A stretch of 64,000 nt of DNA from Basidiobolus meristosporus CBS 931.73 (Eukaryota; Fungi; Basidiobolomycota): NCBI GenBank assembly GCA_002104905.1, contig MCFE01000190.1, positions 62,001 through 126,000 on the forward strand, written 5' to 3'. The notes under the pieces were generated by a model. That model was not told the origin of the DNA. It ran no database searches and saw only the letters and a list, made by a program, of their open reading frames with translations. Within the stretch, counting starts at the first letter, position 1, and the number at the start of each line of letters is the position of its first letter. Position numbers and translations under genes: made by a program. This document shows positions 21,700-33,606 of this stretch, in pieces.

Positions 21700-22093
21700 T
21701 CCGTAGTTTCGTTCTATGACTGATCATTCGCAACTTTAACACATCCGCTGTAATATGCTGGCTTTGAAACCATGTCTCCTAATTCGAGTTAGATTTACCT
21801 CACCATCCCCATCAAATACTCGATCTCTTCGCCCTTCGATCTTTCAGTCCAAAATATTTTTTGCAAAATCCTTTCTTTAGTTCGTATACATTTTTCAAGC
21901 CTATTTTTTCTACATAAATGGTATAGGTGATACTTGAGCAAGCGATACTTTGTGGTGTGGTTGGATGATATATGATATGATTGCAGCATGAAATCGGATG
22001 TCGAAATCTATTGAATCATGTTCCTGAATTGATGGACCATACAGGAACAGGTTTGAGCCACTCCAGCAATTGGCTAGGTGGTTTCGGTGGTAT

Positions 22094-22867
22094 TTAAACA
22101 AGATCCTGTGTGCTTGAGGCCAGATTGGAGTTGATGGCCATTTCGTTCGCTTGAGGTAGCCGATCAGCCCGATTGGCTTTTGCATACTCGTCAGCGGCCC
22201 ATAGAGCAGCGCCAATGGTATTGGTGAATATAAATATGAAGTTTAAGAGAGGGGTCATTTCCAAAGCGAAGGCGACTACTCCAAACCGATAGAATTGTTG
22301 TTTGTATCGAAATGCATATTGCTTGCTCTGAGTGAATGTCATTCCCTTGAGATCTAGGTGATAATGCATCTGGCGACTCCAAGCCAACGCAAATCCGTTG
22401 AGACAACAAAAAATGTATGTACCAATCACTGGTATCAAATTCACAGGAATACTCAAGATGAGAAGTAGAACCTGCGCGAAAATATGTCCTACGCCAGCCC
22501 GAAAGCTACGCTGAAGAGCCCCACTGTGCTCCTTCTCTAACACTTGCTTATGCCCTCTGAGTATTAGTACGTGATCGAATAAGCTGTCTTGGAAAATAGG
22601 CATACTAACAAGGCTGAATAAAAACACAAATACAGAGCTTTCCAAACAGTATAGGAAGATGCCAACTGCCCATGCTAGCCATATTGGACAACCCACTTGT
22701 ATTAAGCTATCTACTTGTGGGGGTAGAAAAAAACCAAAGCCTAACAAGGAACATAAAACCACCAACAGAGTCACCGTTAAGGCGTAGATACATTTCAGCC
22801 ATAGCAGTGGGTTCAGTAAAAAGTAGAAGATACCTTGAACTGGGTAACCATATTTTGGACGGGTCAT
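22094..22867 (-). CDS. EI24/CysZ-like multi-pass membrane protein (Rrt8/Lds-like)
   Basis: YPVQGIFYFLLNPLLW, PIFQDSLFDHVL, LNLIPVIG-like, FGVVAFALEMTPLLNFIFIFTNTIGAALWA are typical of the fungal EI24 family; recognised by eye. Confidence 0.8.
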   Translation of the reverse strand: MTRPKYGYPVQGIFYFLLNPLLWLKCIYALTVTLLVVLCSLLGFGFFLPPQVDSLIQVGCPIWLAWAVGIFLYCLESSVFVFLFSLVSMPIFQDSLFDHVLILRGHKQVLEKEHSGALQRSFRAGVGHIFAQVLLLILSIPVNLIPVIGTYIFCCLNGFALAWSRQMHYHLDLKGMTFTQSKQYAFRYKQQFYRFGVVAFALEMTPLLNFIFIFTNTIGAALWAADEYAKANRADRLPQANEMAINSNLASSTQDLV

Positions 22868-24604
22868 CGTTAACTAAGAGAGGGTATTCGATATAAGGTG
22901 TAAGCTCCTCATAAAAGTGATTGACAACATATTAGTTTGCCCACGCCGCCCTGTAGCCGCACAAACGGAAGCAGCATACACGCGGTTGTTTCATCGTGGA
23001 TGGCTAGTAGACACAAAGATACGCTGTTTGGACTGGCAAAGCAGCAACATAGGGTACGAAGTAGCCAATCGCTACATACATGCTAGTGATTCTCCAGACC
23101 TTACTGCAGCTGGCGCTTGGAGCGCAGGAAAATCTATATGTAGATCAATCATGAGTACTTGAGGTATGTATGATCATATGCATCAAATTGAAAGGTGTCA
23201 TTCCCGGGTTATAGAAATCCAGCATACCTGAGAATATACAGTGTTTGCAAGAATAGGTTCCTGGTTGTAAGCGCAATACGATGGATTTGAGTTTATTGTT
23301 TCTGAACAACATACGATTCTTCTACCTCTCCAATATCGCCCATATGCTAAATTGATTCAATCACTGAGGATAATCCACACAATCGTGCTGCAACTCTGTT
23401 TAAGCTACCGTGGTTGAGACACTCAAACCCGTGGCGAAATGAAACAGGTATTCGTTCCCCCAAACAAAGCAATTGCGCTTAAACTTTTCACCTAGATGAT
23501 TCAACAATTTACTGATGGTAAAATTCCCTTTTTCTTTGATTCATGCGAGTTGGTTGTACCATGTATCGATTCCCCTTATTGTATTATTTCTGCCGATGGC
23601 CCCTATAAATTTCATTGCTGTATCTCGTTCTTGTATTCAATTCAATCGATAGAAACAGTCCCGAGAATGGTATTGCAATAGTCCACTATTCTATTCATAA
23701 TATGTAATATCGAGAACGCTTTGATGTGATGTACCAGGTGGCATTTGATTTATTCCACACCGGATGCACCAGTGGAAGATCATACTTGGTTGTTTCTGGA
23801 ATATGATTTTCTTCGTTGGGATAGTAAGTTGAAGCATTCTTGCTAGGCAACGAGTTGCCATTGGTCTTCATGAACCATCCCTTGAAAGCTAAAGAACCTG
23901 GTTGCCTTCAACTTGAGCGTTTGAAGTCTGCATTTATTGATTCTTGATGCGGAGGTATGCCAAAGGTACGAGCGTTCGTCTCTTCATGAAATTTGTTTAT
24001 TTGCGAATTGCCACACTCTCTATACACTATCCCATAACCCAGCTTGGTCATCCAAATATATTTCAACTTTCTATACCAGGAGATGTATATATCTATTATA
24101 TAGATTCATTAGTAGCACGATGAAAGTTGAATTTGGAAATGATTCGAAATATGACGAAGAAACCTCTACCCTATAAGCACATGGTAAGACAAGTGTTTAC
24201 CGCTCACCCAACCCAATTTCGTCATGTAAAATGATAGGTTGACTCTGCTCCAGATACTGGTTTCTCCAACCGTAGACAAGTTATGTGTTAAATAGGCTCT
24301 TAACTTCGTCTGGAGCAGTGAATCACATTTACTAACTGGCGGAGGGAAAAGATCAGATTAAGCTTGAGAAAATATGTGAGAAAGTGACCTTATATGGAAA
24401 CATTGTTCTCCTGACAAAATTATCGATCTTATTAGAATAGTGGAGATAATATAAAAAGTTTGCCGTTACATTACTTCAGATTAGTAGCTTTCAAGTGTCA
24501 TAATTAGCCTAAGCATGGGAACTTTGGACATGGGTGTGTTATCACTATAAAGAGTCTTGTCGGCTGTATACTACTAGTATCTGCTTAAACCTAAAGACCC
24601 TCTA

Positions 24605-26042
24605 ATGAGTAGCTTTATTAAAAGAAAGTTAGCGCACTATAAAGAAAACCTGACACTCGCTGAAATAAGTGGAAGCCTGGGGGACTTGGGTACGCTCGTA
24701 CCATTGATGGTATCTTTGTCACTCGCTGGACAAATCTCTTTAACCTCCACCTTGATCTTTGGCGGCCTTTGGAATATAATCACTGGCCTCAAATTTGGTA
24801 TTCCGATGTGTGTTCAACCTATGAAAAGTACGTATTTGAAAACACATGTTCATTACTTCTGAATTACTTTTTTAATTTCTCATCATGACAGCAATCGGTG
24901 CCATTGCGTTAGCAAGTAAAATGACTATGGGTGAGATCATGGGGGCTGGTATGTTCGTCAGCGGGGTCGTTCTGTTTCTTGGTTTGACACGCACGATCCA
25001 CTTGGTCAACAAATACACACCGAGTGCCGTGGTACGTGGACTCCAAATGGGTACTGGCATTACATTAATGACCAAGGCCGGGTCAGATCTCTTGTTTAAA
25101 ATCGAAACACCCTGGGGTGGAACCAACTGGAAGTGGCACGATAATTACGAGTGGGCGATAGTGTGGTTTTGCGTGGTTTTCTTTCTTTACAATCAACGCC
25201 GTATTCCCACTGCGATGATCATATTTGTAATTGGATTGATATTTGCCATTATTGTGGTATACACATCAAGCAGCTCTGCGCGATTGCCTGCACCTGGTTT
25301 CTATTACCCAGAGCCTATTGTCCCAACACCAAAGGAGTTTGTCACAGGTATGCTAAACGCTGGATTGGGCCAGCTCCCACTGACAACACTGAACTCGGTA
25401 ATCGCACTGGTGGCATTAATCAAGGAGCTGTTTCCTGAGAACAAGACAACTACTGTTTCAGTTGCTACATGTGTAGGATTGATGAATCTAACAGGGTGTT
25501 TCTTTGGAAGTATGCCATTCTGTCACGGTTCTGGGGGTTTGGCAGGGCAATATCGCTTTGGTGCACGTAGCGAGGTGAGCATTATATTCCTTGGAGTATG
25601 TAAAATGCTTATTGGATTCATACTCGGTGGCTCATTCCTTGGGCTGCTCCAATACTTTCCCAAATCATTCCTTGGCGTAATGCTCTTTGTAAGTGGATTA
25701 GAGTTGGCTATGGCAGCCCGAAACTTCAGTAGACCTACCGATTCTGAAGCAACTAGGAACCGCAATTTCCTGATCGTTCTGGTAACCGGTGGAATGCTGA
25801 TGACTTTTAAGAACGATGGAGTTGGCTTTGTCTCTGGAATTGTTGCATACATCTGCTTGTGGCTAGATGCACGTAGACGTGGTATTGTATTTGAGCATTC
25901 TGGATCTACCGTTGTTAGCAAGAACCTGCAGGTTAGCAAACCCAACGACTCCTGCGTCGTGAACTTACCAACTGGCGAGCACCCCAATCTGGATAAAGAC
26001 GTCTCAGCTCACGAAGACCAGCACCAAATCCTCAAACAATGA
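24605..26042 (+). CDS. MOT1-family molybdate transporter; exons 24605-24827 and 24892-26042
   Basis: EISGSLGDLGTLVP, GIPMCVQPMK, GQLPLTTLNSVIA, MPFCHGSGGLAGQYRFGARS are MOT1/MOT2 signatures; 64-nt GT-AG intron keeps frame. Confidence 0.9.
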
Positions 26043-27100
26043 GTTTTTTCCTTCGAGTCCGTGCATTCTTCATGAATCATATCACCTGTGTAAAGCTTAG
26101 AACCATTAAATAACCCGAATATTTTGAACTCTCATCTGCTACCAGAGTGTGTCCGTCTTACAAGTGCGTTCGAATATCGATTGCAAAAGTTAGGTGCATG
26201 GGCATAGTTTCAGCAACTACATGGTGAAAATAAACAATAGGATTTCCTAACCAAGTACGTGCAACAGAAAATCAGAGGAAATCTCCGTTATTGTCCCTTC
26301 ACAGATACGCGAAATTCCTAATGCAATATGGTTGAGAAGTCATTATCTGACCATGGAGATCTCTGTCTACGATCTGTTTGCCAGGCGCTCTTTCACATCC
26401 GAGACAATATAAATCCGATCAAATATAATAAGGGACTGCTAAGCTATGCATATTATCCAGGGAGATTACCAAGTCGGCACCTGAAGCCCTCTTCCTCAAT
26501 AACACGTTGAAAGTATGGCAAGTGGATTCTATGGGTAGCACGTTGTGCCGCCGTTTTGTAGTTGGTGTAGGCCGTATGCATCTAGGCCACAAGACCAGAA
26601 AACCATAGCCATCCGAGTACCTGAAATAGCGATCCTGAATGACAGCGCAGTAATGATGCAAATTTCAGTAAGCATTTAATGTCCTTGAGATCAACAATAC
26701 TCCATTTCTTTTGTCATGATGCAGAATACTACATGATCGACGTTCTATTCCGCCCCCCGTAGATCATAATTGAGGTTACAAGGAAGTTGGAAGGTATGTG
26801 TGCACGCGCTTCTGACAATCTCTGCAATGCAAAGGACCTCACTTGAGCATTCGAATCGCAACGATATCTGCTGATGGATTCTCCTTATAAATATAGACTC
26901 CGTGGATCGGTGGATCCCCCAAAGCCTTTTCCTACTTTGCTTGCTTCTCATCCTAGCGAAATTTTGAGTCCTGCTTTTTCCAAACCATAATACATTGAAT
27001 ACCGTTGAGTAGCTCGAATACCCCTACCCATTACAAGAATCTACCGCAATTCACTGAATTGCTCTGCCATCACGTTAACCAACTTCGCCATCTTGTTGGA

Positions 27101-28454
27101 ATGTTATCACAAGTTTTGAAGGTCGCATTGATATTAGCGTTGATAAGTCTTACTACTAGTCAACAAAGCTCGATAGCCCCTGCTTTAGATCCAAAATGGG
27201 CTCAAGTATTGGAAAACGTCACACTTCCAAACATTCTAAGAAAAAAAGTCGGCGAAGGAACATGCCCCGACTCAAAATGTCTTCCAGGGGAGTGTAGCAC
27301 CTGCTGGGAAACATGTGGTAGCTGTCCAAGCGAAAAAGAAATCTATGGGTGTAAAAATCCCAAGCATTGGTCTCTAACGTTTGACGATGGTCCAACGTAA
27401 GTGAATGCATAAAGTAGATGTCCACCATACTCGTTTATGTACCCACAACAACAACAACAATCTCCAGCATCATTAGAAAATCTTCTCACTCATATATTTT
27501 TAGCGCGCTCACTATGGACCTACTCCTTGCCTTAGATCAACTTAACATCAAGGCTACATTTTTTGTACTTGGGAAAAATATCCAACAATCCCCGCATTTA
27601 TTGAAAAGCATTCATGAACATGGTCACGAAGTGGGAAGTCACACTTGGTCGCATTCTCATCTTATGGTAAGTCACTAATTGTTGGCTATATTTAATACAA
27701 TGTCATTGCTAATACCATACTGTGTATAACGTCAGTCATTATCGAATGAAGAAATTGTAGCCGAAGTAAAAGCTACTGAGGAAGAGATCTACAAAGTTAT
27801 CAATGTTAAACCAAGATATATTCGAGCACCGTAAGTAATCATCAGTTGGATATATATACAAGTGATGTGCTCAATTCCTTGGTTTGTAGTTATGGGGAGA
27901 TTGACGACAGAGTCCGCAGTATTCTCACAGCCCTGGGTTACGAAATCGTTTTTTGGAATCTAGACACCCAGGATTGGGAGTTGGGAAGAAAAGATTACGC
28001 TCAAGATGAGAAGATTCTCTTGGAAAGATTTCAGTCCCAACAATACAATTCAACGGGTTCAAACGGGTTCATATCACTGCAACACGAATTCCTCGCCATC
28101 ACCAGTAAAAGTTTGCCCAGAGTTCAAGAGACCCTGAGAAATGGGAACTTTGACGTGGTGAGTCTGGACGAATGCCTGGGAAAAACGACCCTTGATACCC
28201 CCGTTAAACCTCAATCCGAAAACCCAACCGAGCAGGACGAAAGTCTAGTCGAGGAAGAGGACTCGGACAACGACTCCACAGAGAGCTTAGATTCCAACAA
28301 TTCGGACGAGTTCGAAATCACGAAGATCCCTACCTTTGTTGATGACCTCTCAGAGCGGCAATATCGTGTTGGCAGTCATGGTACGACCACTACACCCAAC
28401 TCGGTTATTAGTGGAGTAACGTTTGGCGTGTTATTTTGGATATCATTAAATTAA
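27101..28454 (+). CDS. CE4 polysaccharide/chitin deacetylase 1 (signal peptide, Cys-rich module, NodB domain, acidic stalk, GPI-like tail); exons 27101-27396, 27504-27666, 27736-27830, 27890-28454
   Basis: All five CE4 motifs after splicing: TFDDGP, HTWSH, RAPYG, DTQDW, SLQH; GT-AG introns keep frame. Confidence 0.92.
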
Positions 28455-28901
28455 ATCGAAGTACCACTGTGTCCTTTTTTATTAAAGCATGAAAGAAATA
28501 ACATCAAGATAGGGAGGCATTGTGTACTTGCTGAAATCTTTACCAACTAAACGTGTGGCTTGAGGATGAAATCCGACAAGTAGCCTATGCCATTCTGAGT
28601 AAATTGATTGATGCCCTTTTTCCTGGCTTAGGCCCTATTGATCAAGCGCGATACTGTGCATATCACTGTTTAATTAAAGCCTCATCGATATATCCTCATT
28701 ACAGGGCGTATTACAGATTGCTAGTCATCGAAGTGGCCAACTACAATGTATCTTTGATGGGACAAGTATGGAAATGGTGCAAGGCATATAATATTAATTA
28801 ACTGGAAGGACAAATGGTGTGGTGCTCATTGAATATTCTTAATGTGTTACAAGTGATCCTGTTACAAACGACTTCTAAACTTGGTGCGAATTGCCTCCGG
28901 G

Positions 28902-29960
28902 TTAATTACTCTCCTCCTCTGGTGACCCATAACCATAAGGATTCCCGCTTTGCCAACGCCAAAGGTCGGCGCACATTTGTTCTAAGTCACGAGTTGCTTT
29001 CCATTTTAATTCTTGATTGGCCAATTGGGGCAAGGCAGTCAGATTAGTGACATCACCAGCTCTGCGCTCAACGATTTCATACGGAAGCTTGCGTCCAACA
29101 GCTGTTGAAAATGCCTGGATCATCTCTAGCACGGTGGATCCGACACCGGTGCCCAGATTGTAGGCAATACAACCCGGATCCTGCTTAAGCTTCTCGAGTG
29201 CTGCTAAATGTCCAAGAGCCAAGTCAACTACATGGATATAGTCACGAATGCCGGTACCATCCTTAGTAGGGTAGTCACCTCCGAACACACGAAGATATGG
29301 GAGTCTTCCAACTGCGACTTGAGCAATGTAGGGCATAAGGTTGTTAGGAATACCACGTGGGTCCTCCCCGATCAACCCGCTTTCATGGGCACCGACTGGG
29401 TTGAAGTAGCGCAAAAGGGTAGCGTTCCATCCCTTTTCGGATGCGCAAACATCACGAATAATCTCTTCAATAAACAGCTTGGTGCGAGCGTATGGATTGG
29501 TACAACTTGTTGGGCAGGTCTCGGGGATGGGAATGATAGGCGGGTCACCGTAGACTGTGGCCGACGAGCTGAATACGATGTTACGGACGTTGTGATTTTT
29601 CATGACATCTAATAATACCAAAGTTCCAGAAATATTGTTTTGGTAGTAACGAAGTGGAATCTCGGAGGATTCACCGACGGCCTTCAACCCAGCAAAATGG
29701 ATAACAGCCCAAATATCAGGGAACTCGTTGAAAACCGCATCTAAAGCAGCCTCATCCCCAATATCCACCTTGCGGAACTCGAGATCTTTGCCGCTCAGTT
29801 TTCTGATTCTTCTGATGGCTTCCTCAGAAGAGTTGGAAAGGTTGTCGACAACAACTACTTGGAAACCAGCATTAAGGAGCTCCAAGCAAGTATGACTTCC
29901 GATGTATCCTGCACCACCGGTTACCAAAACATAGTCTTTGCGAGTATCGTTGGCAAGCAT
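28902..29960 (-). CDS. GALE: UDP-glucose 4-epimerase (stand-alone GalE, no mutarotase fusion)
   Basis: VLVTGGAGYIGSHT, IHFAGLKAVGES, FSSSATVYG, YARTK (YxxxK), LRYFNPVGAHESG, GIPNNLMPY, RDYIHVVDLA. Confidence 0.97.
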   Translation of the reverse strand: MLANDTRKDYVLVTGGAGYIGSHTCLELLNAGFQVVVVDNLSNSSEEAIRRIRKLSGKDLEFRKVDIGDEAALDAVFNEFPDIWAVIHFAGLKAVGESSEIPLRYYQNNISGTLVLLDVMKNHNVRNIVFSSSATVYGDPPIIPIPETCPTSCTNPYARTKLFIEEIIRDVCASEKGWNATLLRYFNPVGAHESGLIGEDPRGIPNNLMPYIAQVAVGRLPYLRVFGGDYPTKDGTGIRDYIHVVDLALGHLAALEKLKQDPGCIAYNLGTGVGSTVLEMIQAFSTAVGRKLPYEIVERRAGDVTNLTALPQLANQELKWKATRDLEQMCADLWRWQSGNPYGYGSPEEESN

Positions 29961-32205
29961 AGCAAAGAAGTGAATAGACGGATTAGGAGTAGTGTGTACA
30001 AGGGGAGGCGAACGGAGTCTACTTCGTTTAAGTGAGAGGAAATTGGTTCAAAAAATTTGTGATCAATGGGGGGTAATTTATTCAATTTATGAAACCATTG
30101 ATGACAATGTCACCGAATCCGCAGGACCGACGCCAGTGGTATAACTTGATATCGCCCTTGGAGTAGCTTAAAAATAAATCACTAGTGTTACTGAGATATC
30201 AATAAACCAAGGGTTGAGTAACCAAGATGCACTCTAGATACTGCTATCAGCAACATCAATACAGCAGCCCTATTACTAAAATAAATGCCAGCGAAGCCCA
30301 ACTGCAAGTTCAACGCCAGAGTGTAAAGCCCAACACAATTATACATGTAAGTCCTTAAACTTTTGTATTACGCTGCTAAGCACATTCCTTCCAACTTGGA
30401 TAATATTATCCCATATATATCATATATATATATGAAATAATTCCCAATAGCGAATCAACTTTGTGTGCATCTATTCATATACCTATCAGTATGGTTGGAA
30501 GGGTCTAAAAATAGAGATGACTTGGTGATGATGCAAACGAGGCTTGCCATTTGTCCACCTAGATAAAGCATATGAGTATTTCACACCTAATAATATTCGC
30601 CCTGGCAGAGTGGATCGGCGAATTCCGCATTCGGGATTACACTGCAATTAGTATTACGGCTAAAAGGATGCATATATGCCCAGGATGGAGGTATGGCATT
30701 AATATTTACGGTGCGCACTCTGGAAGACTCATAGGCTTTACCATAATTACTTGACCGAAACCTCTACCTACCACATGCCAAGGAAGAGGCCAGGGCCTTC
30801 TCTGGGGTAATACAAGAATATCCTATTGGGAATGCAATATGCCAGGTATCACTATTACTATCAGACTACAGCGCTTTCAAGTAGAACTAAGTACACCATT
30901 AAAGAACTCATTGGCCGTGTTGTGGATTACATTCCACAATTACATAGCTCTATACACAAAATACCACAAACTTTGAAACGCCCAGCTGACGGAGTTTGGC
31001 GAGTTAGCTTTGGTCTAGTTTTGTTTCTATGTTCGTGGTAAATGGATCAGGATTAGCGCCACAACGTGAGAGAGTGTCTTTAGAAACTATATGCATAAAT
31101 CACCATTGAATCAATCCACAACGAAACCAAGAAGCCAATATATGCGATAATGAGAAGTAGCTTGTGGACTCCCCATTAAGCAGTCACCTGATCAGACATG
31201 TGTTATTTCATCACCTCGAAAGCTCATATGGCTATTGCGGGGTTTCCTAATCTGATCTTACTCGAATCTCGTAATTATATACATTAAATTCGGTTTCGAA
31301 TGAATCAACTGGAATTCACGGGAACTCTACAAGGGGGTATGGCATCTATTTCATAATAGGGGTATAGACAAAGGGGAGGGGGAGCATTCTGGTGCACTCT
31401 CCGAAAATAGTGGATTCCCCTGCTGTCGAAAACACCCGAGATGGTCTAAAGGCGCTTTCGAAGGCCATTGTATTCAAGCACTCTATTTGTTGTGGGAATT
31501 TAGTGATATACGGGTTGAAAATGATGAGTCCACTGGTGTATTGGGAATTCACAGAGATTAATGTGAACACTAATCGGAGAATCATCTGATTACCGTTGGC
31601 CAAACCAATCCCGGTGAATCAATATCAGAGTGTTGAGGGTGCAATGGGTTCAGTGGTTTCTGCATTTCATAGAAGCGATCAACTCATACGGATATGATCA
31701 GCACGTAATATTTCACCCGGCGGCCGAATATTTCCAGTGAGGGAAATCTGATTCAAGACCCGCCGAAATCATGGGAATGGGCGTAATCAGGGAAGCCATC
31801 AAGGATTGTCTATTTTTTTGTGACTTGAAGTTTGAGGAGTATGGATGAATCCATGGTTGGAGGAGGACGTATGTATAGAGGGGCCAGCAAAATGTCACAA
31901 TACGAGGTGCATCATAGATATACTAAGAAGGAAAAGCCATTGATACATAAGTCAGATTTGTAAAGCAGTGGTTAAATGTCTATGTAAAGATAGGGGAGGG
32001 CCCAGGGTATACTATTCATTGGATGGGTCATTTACCCCCAGTTGACGAGTCAAAGCAGAGAATGGAGAGAAGATAACCCCTATATTCAGCGTCGGGAGGA
32101 GCGATGGTGTCCATGATTTGGAGTATTCGTGGTGCACCAAAATCCCCTAGACCATGTCTATTGCTATTTATCACTACCACATCGAACACAAAATCATGGC
32201 TTTCC

Positions 32206-33606
32206 TCACGCGATGGATTTTCTTCGCATATAGTTTTGCACAAAATCCGGAAATACATTATCGTAGAGTAATGAAAGAATTTGATCTTTGGCATCGTCGA
32301 AAATCTCCCATTTGATGTGACCTTCCTGTATTTGTCGGAATATAGAGGTATGGACGTTGCTAGAGATATTGACTTCTAGTAAAGCGCCAGTTTGGATGTA
32401 TGTGCGATAGAATTTCAAAAACCGAACGTGTAAATCATCTGGAACCTGCTCCTTGTCCGTGTACTTCCGTATCGTCACGCCAATACCAATATGGGCAGGG
32501 GTTATGGCTGGTGGGCGGGATTTAAATATCGATATCGGCTTGGTTGATACCAAGGGTGTGTCAAAGCTGCTACTTTTCGTGCCGGATTGTGCGGTCATAA
32601 TGCAATATTGCTTCAACAGTTGGAAATCGTCTATGAAGCAAGTATTTTCACTGCACAAGTATCTCGCAGCAAAGCTTCGGAAGTGATGTAGCATTTCGGG
32701 GTTTTCAAATATCCTATGGAAATGCTCAGAGTCATAAGCAGCAATACTTCTCAATTTTCGGGCCCGGTATGCCAAGCTAATCAGCGGAAATCCCACGGTA
32801 TTCAGATGTGAGAGTAGCATGAATAGTGTTATAAAATAGTAGCTAGAGAAGGAGGAGTTTAGCTGTTCCTTTAGGACCAGTGTCCATACGAAATACATGG
32901 GATAAATCAATAAACCTAGAAATACACAGGTAATGAGCTCGTTACGAAGACCATATGCGTCTTTCACGTTCCAAAAGAAATATATCACCAGTGGGCAGCA
33001 GATAAACAGGAATAATCCGGTCATACCAAAGAATGGAAAGTAATGCCAGCCAAAGCCACATAAGGTATATTCGTCAAAGCCAGGCTCCAACATTCGGACC
33101 AGTTGCATTACCGAGATAGCAGCTATCATGATAAAGATAAAGAGTGCCACTAGAAAGGTTAACTTTTTATCAGTCACCCTCTCTTTGTTGTAGGCCTGGC
33201 GTGAGATATGCGAATGCCGATATGTTTCATGCTCCATCAATTCAAAGGAGTTCTTATCATCGATGAAAGTATCCTGGAGCTGGCCGTGTACTTTAGCTGT
33301 GTTGAATTTAACGACTACAAGAAGTTGTATCCCACGCGCCATAAAAGGCAGAAAGTATAAAGCTGAGCCAAGATAAGTTCCCCAGAGCACAAAAGTGCAG
33401 GAGAAATCCATCCAGAAGATGAGTCGACAATAATACGCACCGGATATAATCAAGTTTCCAATCGCTCCGAGAAGGATAAGTCTGTGTGGTCGATGATTGA
33501 ACTTGTGGCGATTGTAGAGGAAAAGTATAGTAGTAACGATGACAATCGTGAAGTGGAGAACTAGTGCTACACAGGCCAAATTTTGGCCCAGGGTTTGAAA
33601 CACCAT
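32206..33606 (-). CDS. 7TM-RGS fusion protein (GprK/AtRGS1-like)
   Basis: Seven hydrophobic segments, VKDAYGLRNEL loop before TM6, then RGS domain (FRSFAARYLCSENTCF...YIQTGALLEVNISS...IFDDAKDQILSLLYDNVFPDF); start at MVFQ (33606), ORF open to 33657. Confidence 0.9.
   Translation of the reverse strand: MVFQTLGQNLACVALVLHFTIVIVTTILFLYNRHKFNHRPHRLILLGAIGNLIISGAYYCRLIFWMDFSCTFVLWGTYLGSALYFLPFMARGIQLLVVVKFNTAKVHGQLQDTFIDDKNSFELMEHETYRHSHISRQAYNKERVTDKKLTFLVALFIFIMIAAISVMQLVRMLEPGFDEYTLCGFGWHYFPFFGMTGLFLFICCPLVIYFFWNVKDAYGLRNELITCVFLGLLIYPMYFVWTLVLKEQLNSSFSSYYFITLFMLLSHLNTVGFPLISLAYRARKLRSIAAYDSEHFHRIFENPEMLHHFRSFAARYLCSENTCFIDDFQLLKQYCIMTAQSGTKSSSFDTPLVSTKPISIFKSRPPAITPAHIGIGVTIRKYTDKEQVPDDLHVRFLKFYRTYIQTGALLEVNISSNVHTSIFRQIQEGHIKWEIFDDAKDQILSLLYDNVFPDFVQNYMRRKSIA

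Noticed and set aside
27101-29960. CE4 deacetylase next to a 4-epimerase as a galactosaminogalactan-like cluster
   Set aside because: The epimerase gatekeeper position (human Cys307 equivalent; codon 29042-29040 in DVTNLTA) is Leu, as in yeast Gal10-type UDP-Glc/Gal-specific enzymes. No glycosyltransferase or GH135/GH114 gene is nearby.
28902-29960. GAL gene cluster
   Set aside because: No galactokinase or uridylyltransferase in the window.
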